Source of the DNA: Pontimonas sp.
GTDB taxonomy: Bacteria > Actinomycetota > Actinomycetes > Actinomycetales > Microbacteriaceae
Length of the DNA: 64,000 nt
NCBI GenBank assembly: GCA_049416945.1
Contig: JBMSHQ010000001.1
Coordinates: forward strand, 2,525-66,524
Direction of reading: 5' to 3'
Below the pieces are notes generated by a model. It had not been told where the DNA came from and made no database searches. It saw nothing but the letters and a program-made list of their open reading frames with translations. Shown piece by piece: positions 59,916-64,000 of this stretch; position 1 is the stretch's first letter, and the number at the start of each line of letters is the position of its first letter. The position numbers were made by a program, and so were the translations under genes.

Positions 59916-61067
59916 GTGTCGGGACACCATAACTACCTGGCGGTCATCAAAGTTGTCGGAGTGGGTGGCGGCGGAGTAAATGCTGTCAACCGAATGATCG
60001 AGCGAGGACTCAAAGGCGTGGAGTTCATCGCGGTCAACACCGACGCTCAAGCTCTCCTCATGTCAGATGCCGATGTGAAGCTCGACATCGGACGCGAACT
60101 CACCCGCGGTCTTGGCGCAGGCGCCGACCCGGAAATTGGCCGGAGGGCTGCCGAAGACCACGCCGAGGAAATCGAACAGGCGCTCTCGGGCGCGGACATG
60201 GTCTTTGTCACTGCTGGTGAAGGCGGGGGAACGGGTACCGGAGGCGCGCCCGTGGTGGCCCGCATTGCCAAGTCAATTGGCGCCCTCACTGTCGGCATCG
60301 TGACCAAGCCCTTTAGTTTCGAGGGCAAGCGTCGTCAAGGCCAGGCGGAAGAGGGTGTTGCCTCGCTCCGGGAGGAAGTGGACACCCTAATCGTCGTGCC
60401 CAACGACCGACTGCTCGAAATAGGCGATCGCACTATCAGCATGATCCAGGCCTTCGAAACAGCCGACCACATTTTGCTCGCTGGCGTGCAGGGCATTACC
60501 GATCTCATTACGACCCCTGGGCTGATTAACCTCGACTTTGCCGACGTTAAATCAGTCATGCAGGACGCGGGTAGTGCCCTCATGGGGATTGGCTCCTCCC
60601 GAGGCGCTGACCGGGCGATCAAGGCAGCCGAGCTCGCCATTGCCTCGCCGCTTCTTGAGACCAGCATCGAAGGTGCTCAGGGCGTGTTGATGTCGATTCA
60701 GGGCGGCTCGAACCTCGGCCTCTATGAAATCAACGACGCGGCGAAGCTCGTGGAAGAGGCCGTCCACCCCGACGCGAACATCATCTTTGGTGCCGTCATC
60801 GATGACTCGCTCGGCGACGAAGTGCGAGTCACCGTGATTGCCGCAGGATTCGACCCGGCGACTCAAACCCCAGTCACCACCGCCTGGCCTACCGCCGCGG
60901 CGACCGATGAGGGTGCAGAGACCCCGGTGACGACCGAAGAGACCCCGGCGTGGCTCGCTGAAACCACCGAAACGCCAGAAGTCTCAGAGGTTCCGGGGGA
61001 GGCCCCATTATTCGCGTCCGAAATGGACGCGGAGGCCGAACTCGACGTGCCCGACTTCTTACGCTAA
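59916..61067 (+). CDS. ftsZ: Cell division protein FtsZ
   Basis: [26 protein letters not shown]-terminal LDVPDFL. Confidence 0.98.
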   Translation: MSGHHNYLAVIKVVGVGGGGVNAVNRMIERGLKGVEFIAVNTDAQALLMSDADVKLDIGRELTRGLGAGADPEIGRRAAEDHAEEIEQALSGADMVFVTAGEGGGTGTGGAPVVARIAKSIGALTVGIVTKPFSFEGKRRQGQAEEGVASLREEVDTLIVVPNDRLLEIGDRTISMIQAFETADHILLAGVQGITDLITTPGLINLDFADVKSVMQDAGSALMGIGSSRGADRAIKAAELAIASPLLETSIEGAQGVLMSIQGGSNLGLYEINDAAKLVEEAVHPDANIIFGAVIDDSLGDEVRVTVIAAGFDPATQTPVTTAWPTAAATDEGAETPVTTEETPAWLAETTETPEVSEVPGEAPLFASEMDAEAELDVPDFLR

Positions 61068-61071
61068 GCGC

Positions 61072-61749
61072 GTGGTCGATTCCGCACTCGCCGACCGCTA
61101 TCGCGGTGTCACTGAAGCGATTGCGGAGGCTGCCACCAAAGCAGGGCGAAACGTGGACGACATCACAACCGTCGTGGTGACGAAGTTCCACCCTGCGCAA
61201 CTCGTGCGCGACCTCTTCGAGTTGGGCGTGCGACACGTGGGCGAATCGCGTCATCAGGAGGCTGAACCCAAGCACGCTGAGTTGGTTGATCTGGATCTCA
61301 CCTGGCATTTTGTAGGGCAGCTTCAATCCAATAAGGCGGTTGCCGTAAGCACCTACTGTGACGTGATTCACTCCGTTGACCGCTCGAGCTTGGTGTCAAA
61401 GCTTGCCCAGGCGAGCAGGGTGGTGGATGTGTTTATTGAGCTGAACCTCACCGACGACCCTGGCCGAGGGGGAGTCTGGCCCGATGAGCTCACCGAGCTT
61501 GTTGAACAGGTCCTCGCCACCCCGACGCTCACGTTGAGAGGACTCATGGCCGTCGCCCCTCAGGACGAACAGCCAGCGAAGGCATTTGAGCGGGTGTTGG
61601 GCTATCGAGAGACGCTTCTTAGCGTGAGCCCCCAGTCCACCGACCTCTCTTTGGGCATGTCGGGAGACTTCGCCGAGGCGATAGCGGTTGGCGCGACACA
61701 CCTTCGCATTGGTACCGCAATCACGGGAAAACGGCCCACCCCCGCCTAG
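61072..61749 (+). CDS. yggS: PLP homeostasis protein YggS
   Basis: [38 protein letters not shown]. Confidence 0.93.
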   Translation: MVDSALADRYRGVTEAIAEAATKAGRNVDDITTVVVTKFHPAQLVRDLFELGVRHVGESRHQEAEPKHAELVDLDLTWHFVGQLQSNKAVAVSTYCDVIHSVDRSSLVSKLAQASRVVDVFIELNLTDDPGRGGVWPDELTELVEQVLATPTLTLRGLMAVAPQDEQPAKAFERVLGYRETLLSVSPQSTDLSLGMSGDFAEAIAVGATHLRIGTAITGKRPTPA

Positions 61750-61784
61750 CCTGGAAACACCGGAAACGGAAGAAAGGCTGGGAA

Positions 61785-62210
61785 ATGGCTAACCCCCTGC
61801 GTAAGTCGCTTGAATTCTTGGGTCTCGCGGAAGAGACCCCTGCTGAAGAGTGGGAATCGCGTCCCGCCCCCGCAGCCAAAGAAGCTCCTGCCCGTGCAAC
61901 AGTGACCGCACTGCGACGTGGACGCCAGTCCTCGCCCGATGTGAGTGAAATTTTGACGGTTCACCCCAAGAAGTACGAGGACGCCAAGCTCATCGCTGAG
62001 ACGTTCCGTGACGGAATTCCGGTGATCATGAACCTCACCCAGATGAGCGAGACGGAAGCGCGCCGCATGGTGGACTTCGCCAGTGGTCTCACCCAAGGGT
62101 TGTACGGACACATCGAGCGGGTCACCCCGAAGGTGTTCCTGCTCTCGCCCTCGCACGTCCAGGTCTCGGGAGAGGCTGACGACAGCGACGGCGACGCACT
62201 GCTCGACTAG
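61785..62210 (+). CDS. sepF: Cell division protein SepF
   Basis: FLGL membrane-targeting helix, [16 protein letters not shown]. Confidence 0.93.
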   Translation: MANPLRKSLEFLGLAEETPAEEWESRPAPAAKEAPARATVTALRRGRQSSPDVSEILTVHPKKYEDAKLIAETFRDGIPVIMNLTQMSETEARRMVDFASGLTQGLYGHIERVTPKVFLLSPSHVQVSGEADDSDGDALLD

Positions 62211-62240
62211 TTCCCAGCAGAATCGGGGACAATAATCCCA

Positions 62241-62528
62241 ATGTCTGCCATTGCCTGGGTGCTCTATGCGGCACTGTACGTGTTCTTCATTGCCATGTGG
62301 GTGCGCTTTGTCCTGGACTGGGTCCAAGTGTTCTCACGGACTTGGCGACCGCGTGGGCCCGTTCTGCTTCTGGCTGAGGCGAGCTACAGCCTTACTGACA
62401 AGCCCCTCCGCACGGTGAGGAAGGTTCTGCCTCCGCTGCGAATCGGCGGGGCTGCTATCGACTTGGGCTGGAGCCTTCTTATGATCGCGGTGCTGATTGC
62501 CATGTCTTTCGTCGGGAGCTTCCGCTAG
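62241..62528 (+). CDS. YggT family membrane protein
   Basis: RFVLDWV, LTDKPL, PPLRIGG..IDLG. Confidence 0.88.
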   Translation: MSAIAWVLYAALYVFFIAMWVRFVLDWVQVFSRTWRPRGPVLLLAEASYSLTDKPLRTVRKVLPPLRIGGAAIDLGWSLLMIAVLIAMSFVGSFR

Positions 62529-62642
62529 CCCCCTGCAGAATCCTGCGAGGGAAGCTAGGCTAGCTCCGACCCCACAGGTCATAATTGTCGTGAGTTGCAG
62601 TGCGGTGCGCGTGCACCGCCAACCGCAGAGGATCACCTACTA

Positions 62643-63323
62643 ATGGCATTGACACCAGAAGACATCGTCAACAAGCGTTTTCAGTCGACGAAGTTCCGCG
62701 AGGGATACGACCAGGATGAGGTCGACGATTTTCTCGACGAAGTCGTCGTCGAAATGCGACGCGTCCAAGAAGAAAACACGGAGCTTAGGAACCAACTCCA
62801 AGCCGCTGAGGCGCGTATCGCGGAGCTTCAGCGCGCTGGGGCGTCTGCTGCGCCCGCTGCTCCGGTGTCGACTGCCTCGATGGATGACCCGATTGACGCT
62901 GAAGGCACCACGAACCTCCTACAACTCGCGCGACGACTCCACGAAGAACACGTGCGTGAAGGTATTCAAAAGCGCGATGAACTCATCGCTGAAGGGCACT
63001 CTCAAGCGGCACGCATCGTCTCTGAGGCAGAGGCGGAGCACCAGCGTCGTCTGGCCGAATACAAGCGCGAACAGCAGACGGTAGAAAACAAGGTCGAAGC
63101 CTTGCGTGAATTTGAGCGCGACTATCGCAACAGTTTGCGCGGGTTTATCGAAGGCCAGCTCAGCACCCTCGAGCACACTGGAATCGAGACCGCGACTCCT
63201 GCCCCCGCTCCCATGACAGCTCCCACCGTGGTTCCCGCGACGACGGGTTCCACTCCGGTGTCAACGGAAACTGGCGGGCAGCCCGCGGTAGACGAGTCGG
63301 ACGAGTCCGACCGCCAGGACTAG
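62643..63323 (+). CDS. divIVA: DivIVA/Wag31
   Basis: MALTPEDIVNKRF..REGYDQDEVDDFLD; coiled coils. Confidence 0.95.
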   Translation: MALTPEDIVNKRFQSTKFREGYDQDEVDDFLDEVVVEMRRVQEENTELRNQLQAAEARIAELQRAGASAAPAAPVSTASMDDPIDAEGTTNLLQLARRLHEEHVREGIQKRDELIAEGHSQAARIVSEAEAEHQRRLAEYKREQQTVENKVEALREFERDYRNSLRGFIEGQLSTLEHTGIETATPAPAPMTAPTVVPATTGSTPVSTETGGQPAVDESDESDRQD

Positions 63324-64000
63324 GTGGCCGAGCTCCACGCTGACCAGGCCGAGCAGCCTGATGTCGTCGTCATCACCGACCAATTAGCGGGGGAGAGAGT
63401 CGACCACGCTCTTGCGCATCTCACGGGGCTTTCGCGCTCACGCATTCATCAACTCATCAGTCACGATGCGGTCGAGTTAGCGGGAAAGCCGGTCAAGAAG
63501 TCGCGGGTTGTCGAAGCGGGAGAGCACTACTTGTTGCGTGAGGTGACCAAACCTGAAGCGCCCCTCGAGGTGGTCGCCACCGAAGACCCCGCTGTGTTGT
63601 ACTCCGATGACGACATCATCGTGGTCGATAAACCCGTGGGTTATACCGTTCACCCCGCCCCCAGCTGGGAAGGCCCCGACATCATCAGCTGGCTGCAGGA
63701 AGAAGGATTCCGGCTTCCCGGCCTCGGAGTGGAGGAGCGTCCGGGTGTGGTTCACCGTCTCGACGTGGGAACCTCTGGGGTTATGGTCGTTGCGGCGAGT
63801 GACCGGGCCTACAGCGCTCTCAAACGCGCGTTTCGAAACCGCGAAGTCGACAAGGTGTACCACGCGTTGGTCCAGGGGTATCCCTCGCCGTCGTCGGGCA
63901 CTATCGATGCCCCCATCGGCCGTCATCCGAGTTCCTCGTGGAAGTTTGCCGTAGTGAGAGAGGGGCGCCACTCGATTACTCACTACGACACCCTGGAAGT
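63324..64000 (+). CDS. rluD: RluA/RluD-family pseudouridine synthase, 3'-truncated by window edge
   Basis: Not in the ORF track; manual translation gives S4-like GERVDHAL..LSRSRI, VVDKPVG, catalytic HRLDVGTSG. Confidence 0.9.
   Translation, partial: MAELHADQAEQPDVVVITDQLAGERVDHALAHLTGLSRSRIHQLISHDAVELAGKPVKKSRVVEAGEHYLLREVTKPEAPLEVVATEDPAVLYSDDDIIVVDKPVGYTVHPAPSWEGPDIISWLQEEGFRLPGLGVEERPGVVHRLDVGTSGVMVVAASDRAYSALKRAFRNREVDKVYHALVQGYPSPSSGTIDAPIGRHPSSSWKFAVVREGRHSITHYDTLE

Noticed and set aside
63477-63983. 168-aa minus-strand ORF
   Set aside because: Antisense to the real rluD frame that runs off the window end.

Overview
Gene-dense, GC-rich core-chromosome segment of an actinobacterium. 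Gene order and protein signatures point to Microbacteriaceae, probably a streamlined aquatic lineage (inference). It runs from a gatD-like gene and parE/parC through sepH, dut, acnA, dxs, zapE, nhaA, amt, garA-ftsR, pyc, a DAHP synthase and pknL, then the dcw cluster (mraZ to divIVA) and a partial rluD. I saw no rRNA, tRNA, CRISPR, phage or IS element. The striking feature is coordinated remodelling of peptidoglycan stem-peptide enzymes. (1) In an otherwise intact dcw cluster, MurD has lost every catalytic motif and its C-terminal domain, and MurF is reduced to a 150-aa C-terminal-domain remnant; both remain open, translationally coupled frames. (2) MurE has an altered amino-acid pocket. (3) The GatD-like protein lacks its catalytic His motif. 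(4) Two adjacent alanine-racemase-fold genes are complementary halves, one with the PLP Lys and one with the catalytic Tyr, suggesting a heterodimeric racemase. Regulatory elements seen: mraW RNA motif, MraZ repeats, an FtsR-type site, GlnR-type boxes, recurrent GACAC motifs and several probable leaderless promoters. All family assignments are from motif recognition by eye, not database searches.
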